Shown here: positions 1-11,794 of the stretch, one piece after another | Layout of the letters: each line of letters opens with the position of its first letter | Position numbering within the stretch: position 1 is the stretch's first letter | Assembly: GCA_030390025.1 (NCBI GenBank) | Contig: CM059435.1 | Coordinates: forward strand, 98,456,001 to 98,520,000 | Source: Squalus acanthias | Lineage: Eukaryota | Reading direction: 5' to 3' | Length of the DNA: 64,000 nucleotides | Notes under the pieces: generated by a model | Told to the model about the DNA's origin: nothing | The model's database searches: none | What the model saw: the letters and a program-made list of their open reading frames with translations, nothing else | Program-made: the position numbers and the translations under genes

Positions 1-3000
1 GAAATTTGATCAATCAAAAGTTGTTTGATAGTTTCTTCGGGGCATTTGATCAAGTCGCTGTTATGGAAGTTGTAGAGTAAGTCATGACGCGGTATGGAAG
101 CAAAAGTTCACAAATGTTGCTCAAAACAATTTAGCTCATTATGAAAACAGCGTTAAATAGATTCTGACATTTGACGAGACAGATTGAAGTGATGTCACAG
201 CAACTGCACGTCATTCTGCCGTTACTGTGAAATATATACGCTAGGCGCAGGGCGTTAGCAACTTAAATAGCGTTGTTTTCGTAATTATTGAATACGTAAG
301 AGTTACAATCGGTGCCTTCGGCCGAAAGTCACGTGCAATTATCGACGCTGATTTTGTTTTTAAATCATTTTTTTTTCGGTTCATACGATCCTTTCCAAAA
401 CAGTGGGTAGTAGCGTTACGGTAACTTAAACAAAATAGACGGTCTGCTACTGCTAATGTTCATCGTCCCCTCAGGCGCTTGACTATCTAGGCTAATCTTT
501 ACTGGAGAATAGTTCTAAATAGGAGACGAAAGGAAATACGCCCACCACCTCGCCACCTTTTAAAATAGTTCATGTTTACTTCGCATTTATGTCAATATGT
601 AAATTTACAAGTATACACCAAATGCCTTTCTTTGAATTACTATTAATTTGAGTAAAATGTCTGCAATTCCATTCGTAGAGCCTATTACTCATTGGCAGCG
701 TGTCTGTAGTTCTCCGTTAAAAAAAATTCTTAGTCCTAGTGCTTAATATTGATCCAGGCAGAAAAGAGTTAAACTGGTTCATATTTTCTTAAACGCATAG
801 GATGATAAACGTACCCTACACGTTAGATACCCCATGATAAGCGAAGTTTTACTACTGTACTACCCAGTACTTCCAGCACGTGTAGTTATTTAGATTACCC
901 AGCAGGCGTTTAAAAATGCAATGCTTTAATTTACAAATGCAGTTCTAAGAATTACACCCCTGAATGCTTCCTTTCCCATTGGTCTTAAGCACCAATATTC
1001 AAATTTACTAGAACATAAATAAAATAATAGATTGGGCTCAGTTCGAGTTCCGTATTTTGATACGTTTGCCTTTGCCTTTGTTTTTAAAGTTTTTTAGGCT
1101 AATTGAAATAATTTATTAAGCAGCTAGCTAGGAGAACGTACATAAAGCCTTCGCAAGTTTTGAATATTAGCTCATCCGAAAAGGTTCCGTAAAGATTTAC
1201 AAAATAATAATTTCTGGAAATCAAACCTTTGTATAAATAATTTAAACCTTAGACGCAACAAAACAGTAAAATTACATTGAGGTCCAGTAATGTTTGATGG
1301 ATCTCTTGCGTGTATGGTTCATATGTGCTTCAAATATATGGTGTGATATACAAGACTTTATAATTCGAATTACATTGCTGATACAACAGGAACACAGCTT
1401 CCGCAACTAAAACGTTTCTATATTTAAAAAAAATAGAAAAGCATAATTCTGGAAGTCTGATAAATGCGTGGTCTTTTCCCTTCGAGTTACTGCTTTAACT
1501 AAATGTGCAATTGATACATTGTAGCATTTGTCTATGACGAAAGCAAATTGTACCCTTTTTGAGAACACAAACTCCTTTTTTGATATATTATAGTGAAAAA
1601 CTAATCAAATCGGCTGGTTTTCTAACGTGTTCCTCGGGGGATGATTAAATTACACCGATAACACCGTTTACAGTTGGAATACAGAACTGAAATAGCATTG
1701 GAATATAACTAATCGACTATCCATGATGTTAAGAGAACACAATATAGTAAACAATATGAATATTGCATTGGTGGTTGTTATCTACTATATTCAGATTTTA
1801 CGTCCGTTTTCAAACGCTCTCCCCCACTCCTCCCCCAATTCTGTCATTCTTCCTAATTATGTATTTCGGAGAAAACGAATTTTGAGACTTCACTTGAAGT
1901 AACCGAGTGTCTCACTCCACTTATGGCTCTTATCGTATCTTCAGAGGCAAATTCTTCAATAATTAAGAGCTTTCATCGAGAAGGTCGAAATGTACTCGAA
2001 GCAAATTTACTGCTGCTTGGAGTCAATCTGCCAGATATGGAAGATTACTTGCTCCTGACCAACCATTTATCCGCCATACTAACGAGTTATAAAACAAAAT
2101 CAGCTAACTGCAGGGTATGTACGCATGCATCAAGCCATATTTTTTGCTTTCCTATCTTACTTAAATCGAGATTAACTGAAATGTGCAAGTTGTTAATTCC
2201 GGGTAACGCAATTTCAGCAGAGAAAACCAAACCTGAATAAACTCAGTTTTACCAAATTAGGAACATTAAGAAATGTTATTGAGAAGTATGTTCAAAATGT
2301 AAAATATCACCAATAATCTCCATTGCCTATGTGTAAATGTTAGCTCACTTATGTTGAGTGAGTAGCAACCGAGTCACTGTGGCAGAATGTGTCCTGCTGA
2401 CTAAGTAGGTCTCCGTGCTTTGGTGAGGTGAGTGATTCATTAGACGTTGTGCTGTGGAGAGATTTGACTGGAACCACCCAATACATCACGGAAACAGATA
2501 AACGGTAAACGTCACCGAAAGGAGGCTTGGATTAAAAATCGCAAGCCGTTTATACGAATATTCGGTAAGAAATTCCCTTTACCTAATATATGCAAATAGA
2601 TTTCTCAAGCCTGGAACTACTTATTGCTTAAATATGCGATGAATGGCATAGTTCAATGCGTCCATCAATTTGATAAAGTGATGCGAGATGAGGATTGAAG
2701 GCTAAATATTTATATTTCAGTTGCGGAGTGAAAGAGTTAAAAGGAGATCAGAAACTTATGTAATTTCAAATCCATCGGCTTTGCGAACTTCCAGTCTGCT
2801 CAACTATTGCAAGAATTGTTGTACAAATTGAAGTAAAGGATTGTGCATTAAAAACAGATGTTACACTATCAACACATTAAACGAGCTACCACTGTAGAAA
2901 TTTGATTACAGTTACCAATATAGTTCAATCGAACTTTCTTACCAGTTTAAATACCACATTATTAGCATTTACGTTCAAATGATCATTCAGATTTTAGATC

Positions 3001-4029
3001 ACGGCGATCACTTTAGTAAGCGCTAAGTTATGTTTATTAAATTACTACACCGATACAATTAGTAAAACAGCTATTTGCAAAGTAAATATACCAAATACAA
3101 TTTCATTCTGTCTTTGGAGTAATAATATTACTGCACTTCATAAATAGAAGCAAGTTTTCCAGGCAAAATCGTTATAGCAAAACTCTAGTTAAAATGAAAT
3201 CAGGATGTTTTGTAGAAACGTTCCGCATTCCACGTTTTACATACCATATAGAGGGATGCATATTCCAAACATTCGAGATATTGGTTGAGATGAAGATTAT
3301 CGTAATAACATTTACGACGAGCTACAGATTGTTAGATTATATATGACTAAAACAAACGTGTGATATTTAAAAGCTGAAATGTCAGTCTACGCTCAAGGGG
3401 TTAAAAAGAACGCTTCAAACAATCCAGTCAGTTTAACATTTAGAAAACACTCCTTGCGCATTGTACCAACTCTGTCACCCGTGTCCACATTCATTAGTAC
3501 TATACTCTACCTCTACTCTTTAGAAATGAATGGAGTATTTTTTCAAAGCATTTTCTACATAATCATTGACATTTTCATCTAGAAATTATACGAGGCTTAT
3601 GGGGAATTATTTTATATTACATATTCTCAAACAGTACATCATTTTCGACAAACTTTTGGGTAGCACTTATTGCATGCAGTCCGTATTGAGATTCCGCCTT
3701 TTCAACTGGAACTACATATACTGAGTTGGCTGAGGATTCGTATTCAGTGAAATATTAGGTAGACAGAGAGTGTGGCTTCTGGGAACAATATTTTAGTAAG
3801 AAAAGTGCGGTGTGAATTGTGCAGAACGAGAGCACATTAATAAGTCTGTGATCTAAGTCGGAATTTAAGAACAATGATTTCAACTGTAATTGAACTTGAG
3901 ATACTCTATCAAACGGTTCGCCGCCACCCGCACCAGCACTGAAGCTCCCTCGTGGTCGAGGTTAATACTGAGGGGGTAAACTATATGGAACACTACTTGT
4001 TAAAAGTAGTGGTGTCACAGGACAACCGA

Positions 4030-4104
4030 CCAATCTTGTCTATTTCATTTTAATTTTGCGTTTGTCCAATGGGAAGTGCACATGGGCGGGAACTAGGGGA
4101 TTGG
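4030..4104 (+). promoter_or_regulatory. WNT16: Probable WNT16 proximal promoter: three CCAAT boxes and a GC box
   Basis: CCAAT at 4030 and 4066, ATTGG at 4100, GGGCGGG at 4084-4090; about 300 bp upstream of the WNT16 ATG. Confidence 0.55.
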
Positions 4105-4391
4105 CAGACTCGGGCAACACAACGCCGAATCGAATTCGTCCTTTCGCAAGGATTTGCTCCAAACGTTATCTCTCTGCGTGACTTTGTTGTTCCCCCATCT
4201 CTTTCAAACTCTGTCTCTCCAGCTCTCTGGGTCAGAATCCTGTTTTGTAAAACTCTCACAGGATCACAGCATGGATAGTGTGGCCATTCTAAAGGATAAT
4301 CCCCTTAAATTTGCAACAATCTGGGCCGATTTTCAATTACATTAACAACCGTGACACCTTCGCGTGGCAAAAGATAATAAATGATTCCGTC

Positions 4392-4486
4392 ATGGAGAGA
4401 GAGGCTTCTTTTGGATTATGTCGGTGTTGTGTTTTATTCGCGGTAATTCTAACAGTCTTTCCCTACTACTGTCAAGGAAATTGGAT
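4392..4486 (+). CDS. WNT16: WNT16 coding exon 1 (signal peptide)
   Basis: gtcATGG start; MEREASFGLCRCCVLFAVILTVFPYYCQGNW(M) resembles the WNT16 N-terminus (…LFPYGAQGNWMWLG); 95 nt; donor AT|GTAAGT. Confidence 0.93.
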
Positions 4487-4584
4487 GTAAGTAAATCTTA
4501 ATCATTGAAAGAGTTGGATTTCGTATTTATTTGTGATACACTGTTTATTTGGTAGTGATGTGCGTTTCTATATACTCACGACAG

Positions 4585-4811
4585 GTGGCTAGGATCCACA
4601 GCCAGTGGAGTTACGGAGAAGATGGGTTGTCTAGCTTTGCCACTTTCAAACAAACAGAAAGATCTGTGTAAAAGAAAACCCAATCTTTTGCCGACCATTA
4701 AAGAAGGAGCACGCATTGGTATCTACGAGTGCCAGAGTCAGTTTAAACACGAGAGGTGGAACTGCTCTATTACAAATGACTACTCTGTGTTTGGCTACGA
4801 GCTAACCAGTG
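4585..4811 (+). CDS. WNT16: WNT16 coding exon 2
   Basis: Acceptor ACAG|; [60 protein letters not shown]…FGYELTSG; donor G|GTAAGT; phase consistent with exons 1 and 3. Confidence 0.96.
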
Positions 4812-6620
4812 GTAAGTCAACAGTACAAATATATATTTTTAATACTGATCTCTAATCCAGGTGTAAAGACAATTCTAAGTAAAAAGCACGAAATCGTTGG
4901 TTCTGATAATTAAATGGAAATAGATAAACCAGGTAAAATAACATGGAACAAACTGTTTAATATGATTAATTATACAAAAGCAAAAAATATATATTTCTAA
5001 TTATCGTTTACATATCCCATACCATCGTTGTAATATAGAATACAGCAGCTGTTGAGTACTTCCATTAGTTTTAAACCAAAACTCTTGTCTTAATTGTATT
5101 TAACTGTACTCTTAGGGTAGTATATTAACTTGACTGCCTCATGAAACCGCAATAAGTAATTCTGTTTAGCGAACAGCTGCAATGGGCTGTTGTGCCGGTC
5201 ATTATGTAGCTTGATCAGAATGTCCCCATGTGGTTTCTGTTAACTTTCTCAACAAGCTTTTTAACCCTGATCAAGTGTCCGTATTGTGATACTAAACGTT
5301 TCAGAACATGAAAACAAAATGTTGTAAGGAAGCTGAAGGAAACAGTTCAAGGGGATTTTAAATGTAAATAAACGGGTACGTTACATACAGAAACGGAGTT
5401 TTTCAGCCAGATTGAAATACATGAAAACAGCATGTACAGTTTTAAGCCAAAACCTGCAGGCGTTCATAAGGCATTGATGGCACTTGTCTTTTTATAAATT
5501 CACGATGTCATTTATTTGCATAACGAATTTTATTTTCTGTAGGGTGCAATTGCCGAATTACTTATTTACTTTAAGTATAAACAGCCTTGATTTTAATAGA
5601 ACAATCAGTACATCTAATATTTTAAAATAAAGGTATTACGACACAAAATTATTACTTACAATTTACATAAAGTGTAATGAATTTAGCTTTTAATACAATA
5701 GAGAAACGTGTAAGGCATGTTCGGACAGATAACAAGCGGTGAAGTTCGTTAAAACTGTTTTGTAAGCTTACTAAGTTACACCCAAAAAAAACTGCCTTTC
5801 CTATCGTTCATAATCTCACTAAAGGCTGCATTTATGTGCGCGGTTCAGTGCGCAGCCCGCAGCTGGGGAAAGGGAATAATGAACATTCACGTGAAGTGTT
5901 TGATCCGTATCATTGTACAGCATTGTGTGAGCAGTTTGCACAGGAAGTAACCCGACCATATTTCAGGAAAAATGGAAATGAGGATCTGCAGGCTAGCCGA
6001 GGTCCTTAGTACCTGCCGCCCACTTGCTCTCAAAAATGTAAACCAGAACCATAAAGCAAGCCGATAAGAATTCATCATTTGTTAAATATTCAGACAGGAA
6101 AACACGGTAACCTACTCACCCAACACGTGTATATTGTAATGAGAGTCTTCGGTTCACTGACTGCGGTTCGCGGCTATGCGTGCTTGCTGAAGTGTTGGCA
6201 CTCGGCTCCAGACTGGCGCCGCAGAGCGCGGGAATGGACGGCCGACTCGTGCCAGTAAGATTGCTGTAGCAACTTGTAAAGTTTATTGTAGCAAAAATAT
6301 ACCAGCTTCTTTATTCGGGGGTGCATCGAAAAATAAAGCTTTTTTAACATTTCAAAGCTTATAGAGTGTCTTTTTTTTAAGTAAATGTTACATTTAATTC
6401 TAAGTATGGAGGATGTTATTTGTACATCGACAGCCTCCTGCAGTGTGCAAATGTTACAAGAAGCATGCGCGGGCCGTTTGCACCCTGTAAAACTCGCATG
6501 ACCCTGGTGATTCTGATGGTTTTGATATGTTTATTATTAGAGAGGCGCGGGTTGGTGGGAAGCTGCTCCCTCCCTGCAGTAACGGTGTGCACTCTCTTTC
6601 TCTGCCCCCCCGGTGTGCAG

Positions 6621-6916
6621 GTACTAAGGAGAGCGCCTTCATCCAGGCGCTGATGGCGGCGGGGCTCGTGCACTCGGTGACGCGCGCGTGCAGCGCGGGA
6701 AACCTCAGCGAGTGCTCGTGCGACGCCAGCCTGCGGAGCGGCGGCTCGGCCGGCGAGGGCTGGCACTGGGGCGGCTGCTCGGACGACATCCAGTACGGCG
6801 TGGCGCTCAGCAGGAAGTTCATCGACTCGGCGGACAAGCCCTCGGCCGGCGAGACCGGCGGGGAAAAAGAAGCGCGGGCAACCATGATCCTGCACAACCA
6901 CGAGGCCGGCCGGCAG
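6621..6916 (+). CDS. WNT16: WNT16 coding exon 3
   Basis: Acceptor TGCAG|; GTKESAFIQALMAAGLVHSVTRACSAGNLSECSCD…WHWGGCSDD…HNHEAGRQ; donor CAG|GTAGG. Confidence 0.96.
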
Positions 6917-7439
6917 GTAGGCTCTGACCTGCACTTACATGGCACCAGGGAAACTAATGCAGTAGATTTCCCATCTGTCAATAAAAGTGCGCAGGAATCA
7001 GGAACACCGTTGTTATCTGATGAAGGGCGCCATTTCCCAAAGTGTGCATATTTTCGCCCCTGTGTTCGTACCAGGAATTCACACCGCTGTGTTCTGCCCT
7101 CAAAGTCTCAGACATGAGATTGTTGAGCCACTTACTATAGAAGAGTAGGTCTGTTTGATTCCTCAAGGTTTTTTTTTTCCATCTTGGGATTATCTTCTCT
7201 TAGGTGGCCTGCAATCAAGGCTAAAGAGCCCCACCTCCCTTTTTATTATGGGGCACCCGCACCCATCTGATGCAAGTTAACCCAATCTGTGCGCCTGTCT
7301 CAGCTTGCTGTCTGCAATCGACCCTCAACCCAATCTTTCGGACTCTCAGACAGGAATATACCACTGATCCAGTGGTCACTCCTTCCAGCCTCGAGTAGCC
7401 CGCTGGCTGTCAACCCAATACTTAGAGACGGTATTCTGG

Positions 7440-7527
7440 TCTCCACTCGCCATGACTCTCTGGACTGGGGCTGGAACTCTTCGCCGTCCGACTCGGAGGC
7501 GGGAATGCTACCACTAAGTCAAAGGCT
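7440..7527 (-). mobile_element. tRNA-derived SINE head fragment in WNT16 intron 3
   Basis: Reverse complement (…CTTAGTGGTAGCATTCCCGCCTCCGAGTCGG…GTTCCAGCCCCAGTCCAGAG) resembles the heads of the SINE copies at 30785 and 44212. Confidence 0.55.
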
Positions 7528-8865
7528 TAATCCAAATTCATGCTACGGTTTGAATAATTTGAATGGGTTTATCGGACTCCCACGCCATCTGGATGCCATA
7601 TTTGTAACGCCGGGATGTTGCAGGCACCATTTAGAGTATTAGCAACGTGAGTTCTGTGAAAACTTTATTCCCACTGATATCTGCACGGCGTATTGTAAAG
7701 AATGTAGGGATATAGCACAAAACTGGTAGGGCTGAATGTGTTGAGACTATAATTTGCATTTCTCACTTCTCATCCCGGAAAACAGTGACAAGAATTCTAA
7801 CTGCTTCCGGGAAATTGATCTTATTAAGCACCACACGTTGAGAATATGCGCATTGATGAGCTTTTTACAATTATTACTTAATTATATCTACAATTCATTA
7901 CTCTCTTCACAGGTCTTCTGGATTTTTTTACTTCATTTAAATTTCAATCTGTAGTGAATGGTTACCAGATAATAGTTCAGAATCTTGCATGCTTATTTAT
8001 TTAATAAAAGGGGCGGTCTGCATTGTTCATACTTTACAATTGTAATAATCATAATTGGACCAACAATGATAAATATAAGCTGGAGTGTCCTGCTTAGGGT
8101 GTAGTTAGTGTCACTTTCGCACTGACCTAAGTGCCAGTGCCTCAATGCCAGTCTAGCTGGAGTGTCAGGTCCTGATCTGACTCCAGAGCACACTATGGAT
8201 ATATTCACACTGCAGTTGTACAAAGCGCCTTTGCTTAGCATTAATCCTGCAGTTATAATGTAAATTCAGCTGGAATCCCTATTCAGGGCCTAACTTGACA
8301 TTGGAGCCAAAAGGAGTGACATTTCCTGATGGGGTTTGGGGTCATTTCTGGTCTTGAAACCTGATTTACGCTCCACAAATTTAGCGTTGGTGGAAGGCTA
8401 AAAGGCTTTCCATTGCGATAAACTTGCATGTGAATGCACCTAAAGCCAAGTGAAGCCTCTAGAAGGCAATTTCGCAGCGCTTTGAGTTTGCATGGGGTAC
8501 ACTATAATCCTAGCTAAGTGCAAAGCCACATTTTACAATTTTATAAACATCACTTTTCAATGTTAGGAGGCATGAGGCTCCCCTCCCCCGCTCATGTTTA
8601 GAAAAATAACCACTCAGAGACGGAGATCTGAGCACATGTCAAAGAACACACAAGTGTTCTTTTGTGGCAGAGCAGTGAGGCACAGTCAGCGGTATAACTC
8701 CAATGACCCGCCTGTGCTTCGAGATCAGTAGCTGCGGGATAACCGCAGCTTGAAAATACAGAAAATATAAGTGCTTAGCTTTTCTGGTAGATTTAATTAA
8801 CTTGGTTCTTAAGCAGTTTTCTAAAGACTCTAGTGCTAACTGTATCTTTTTGGTGGCTCCTACAG

Positions 8866-9330
8866 GCAGTGTCCAAATTGATGTCAGTGAACTGCCGTTG
8901 TCACGGAGTGTCCGGCTCGTGTGCTGTGAAGACTTGTTGGAAGACCATGTCTTCCTTCGACAAAATCGGCCAATTCCTAAAAGAGAAATACGAGCACAGC
9001 GTCCAGATCCTGGACAGGTCGAAGAAAAAGGTTCGCCGCAAAGACAAGGAGCAGCGGAAAGTGCCAGTGAACAGGGAGGATCTGGTGCACATTAAAAAGT
9101 CGCCCAATTACTGCGTGGAGGATAAGAAGGTGGGGATCCACGGGACCCGGGGGCGGCAATGCAACCGCACCTCGCCGGCCGCCGACGGCTGCAACCTGCT
9201 GTGCTGCGGTCGGGGATACAACACGCACGTGGTCCGGCATGTGGAGCGCTGCGACTGCAAGTTTGTGTGGTGCTGTTACGTGCGCTGCCGGAGATGCGAG
9301 ACCATGACCGACGTGCACACCTGCAAGTAG
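8866..9330 (+). CDS. WNT16: WNT16 coding exon 4 (terminal)
   Basis: Acceptor TACAG|; [10 protein letters not shown] (acylation serine motif) and the Cys-rich C-terminus …[24 protein letters not shown]; spliced CDS 95+227+296+465 nt = 360 aa plus stop. Confidence 0.97.
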   Translation, partial: AVSKLMSVNCRCHGVSGSCAVKTCWKTMSSFDKIGQFLKEKYEHSVQILDRSKKKVRRKDKEQRKVPVNREDLVHIKKSPNYCVEDKKVGIHGTRGRQCNRTSPAADGCNLLCCGRGYNTHVVRHVERCDCKFVWCCYVRCRRCETMTDVHTCK

Positions 9331-10461
9331 CTGCAAGACATCAGTAAAGAGTGCAAAGCCGAATAGACACAGAACAAGGCTAGCTCGGAGAAGCTTTGGG
9401 CCAAAGGAGCATATTATTAGAGTCAAGTGATCTTAGTAGTCTTAATGCGCAGTTGACGCAGAGTAAGCTTAATTGCAAAGAAAACAAATACGGATGGACA
9501 GGACATTCGGTTCAAAAGAAAATTTATGTCCAATATACTGCGATTTGTATCAATGAACTGAATCGAGCAAATATGGATGGTCAGAAGGACACGGTCATGT
9601 TGTTCAAAAAGACCATAACCACTGCTATTAAAATAATTCTAGGTGGTCCCTCAAACTACAGAATGTTATAAGCACCTCGACAAATATAAAAAGAGCAACA
9701 AGAAAAACTCAGGAACAGCAAGAATACTGAAATCTTATAGTAACAGCATTATAACAGAAAGAGTTTCAATAGTATAAAGTACTATACTAACATTCCAAAA
9801 TGAAAGTTTGAAAACTTTGTATTTTTATAGGGGTCAATAGCATAAACTAATGTTGTACTTTAAATTTGTTCTAGGATTTGACAAAAAAAACTGCAAAAAG
9901 CTTGCATTACCTGCAAGCCGTGGCATAATATTTACCTCTGGAGGATAAAATCTTCCAAATTACTGACCATTCACAGTTGGAAATGAAAACATGACTTTTA
10001 CTCAGTGAAGACACTGTATTTCAGTTGCATGGCAACTGTGTATCAAAAAATTATATTACTTACAAAGTAAAATAATTTAACTTACTATGTTGTGTTCTAA
10101 AAGAATGGCATTTCATACTTTTTGAAAATATATGTACAGAGAACTTTAGTTTTGGACGACAAACATACTAACAGCTTATATCTGTAAATATTGTTTAACT
10201 TATGCAAAATATGTATAAAAATGTCAGTCATAATCTCACTAAAATTTGTAGATTGTAATTAATCTTGTACTTATAGTACTTGCTCAATATGTATAAAGAA
10301 ATGCAGTAGTGAATTGATAGCATTTAAAACTGTCTATTTTTCCTTGCTGTTTTCTTGTGATGTTTTTCTGCAGATTACTGATACATTTCAGTATTAGAGT
10401 TTCAGTGATTCAGATACATAGATATCTTGCAGGAAATATTATCTTTTGAGAACTGGAAAAC

Positions 10462-10467
10462 AATAAA
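10462..10467 (+). other. WNT16: Candidate WNT16 polyadenylation signal
   Basis: AATAAA about 1.1 kb after the stop, followed by a T/GT-rich tract. Confidence 0.35.
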
Positions 10468-11794
10468 TATTATTTTGTTTTTGTTGAAACAAATACATTT
10501 ACTTTTAAAAGTTACCTTAAAAGAAATTAGGTTTGTGTGTAACATTTTACCTAACTTCTCTTAAAACTCTAGTTTTAGTGTGGAGTAGTGATTTGTGAAA
10601 AGTAGCAAGCTAGCGAAAAATACCACAAGTCCATTTTTTAAAAGAAGGAATTTTAGTTAAATCATGACCTTGGGGTTAAAAGTCTTGGCCTGTTTTATAC
10701 AGCTTGATGTAAAGATGAAAAATAACAAGCAAAATAATCCACTTGGAATCAAACAAAATTTGACATTTGTCTTGTCAGTGAATTAATTCTCAAACTGAAA
10801 ACTTCAGTAATGTTAGTACAACATATATATGACTTTCAGTTTGCATAATTAGTTCTTTGATTATGAGGTACTACCAGAATAACATTTCTAAGTCTGTACA
10901 ATGTCAGTGCACTAGAGTATAATAAATCTATACTACATATTGTATAGTAAATTAGCTAGAAAGTAATGGAAAAAAGTTTTTTTTTAAACTTGTACTGGAG
11001 ATCTTGCCATCTGCTTCTGTGCATTGTAGGTTGTAATTCATAGTTATGGATAGTGTATTTTGTCCTTGATCAAGTCGCTTCAGTCTTGCAACTATCCATT
11101 CAGTATCCTTGTAAAATGCCACAAAAAGGAAAATTTTAAACACTACTTTACAATATATTAAAAAAAGCACTTGTGGTAGAGTTGAAGATAATTTAATAGT
11201 GTTGTTTAGGTAACATCTTGCAAAGTTATTTTTCTTCTAATTTATGACATCATCTGAACACTTTAAAATGGAGCTTTAAAATTCATCCATTCTATATGTA
11301 AAATTGATTGGGAAATCCTTAAAAGCATTAAAAATAAATATTTGTAATATCCTTGTGTTGATTACAAAGTGTAATCTTTCAATGATTTAGTTCATTGGAT
11401 GTGGTACCTATCTGATTGTCAATAAGAAGTATTGTTAACTGTCCTTTTGAACCAGGAATGTCAAACTGGAATGATCCTAGAAGCATTCTCACCAAAATCA
11501 AAACAACATTTTCCCTTAAATCTACCAAAGTAGCAATTGATAACACATAAAGGCCACAGTGTTACAATTTCTCACAGATAAAGGGAGATGTATAGCAAAC
11601 AGGAAGAAATGCCACACACAGCTGAATGAGTATGTAACATCAGACTGAATTTTGATTTAAATATTTTGCAGATAATGGAACATCTGTTATAGATCTCTTG
11701 TAATAAACATTTTCCTGCATTCCAATAGATTTTTCTATTGGAGCTCAAGCTTTGCTAAAGCTAAACCCAGGTAAGAATTATGTTGATCTTGATG

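Noticed and set aside
1923-2240. 105-aa ATG ORF upstream of WNT16, considered as an alternative first exon or microprotein
   Set aside because: No homology, signal peptide or splice support visible.
6416-6981. Long antisense and alternate-frame ORFs over WNT16 exon 3 (also 8977-9426 over exon 4)
   Set aside because: An expected by-product of very high GC3; no recognisable protein.
10952-11170. Minus-strand segment with a KYTIH word faintly like the PUS7L C-terminal region
   Set aside because: In-frame stop nearby, only a few residues match, and no other PUS7L exons were found; would need tBLASTn.
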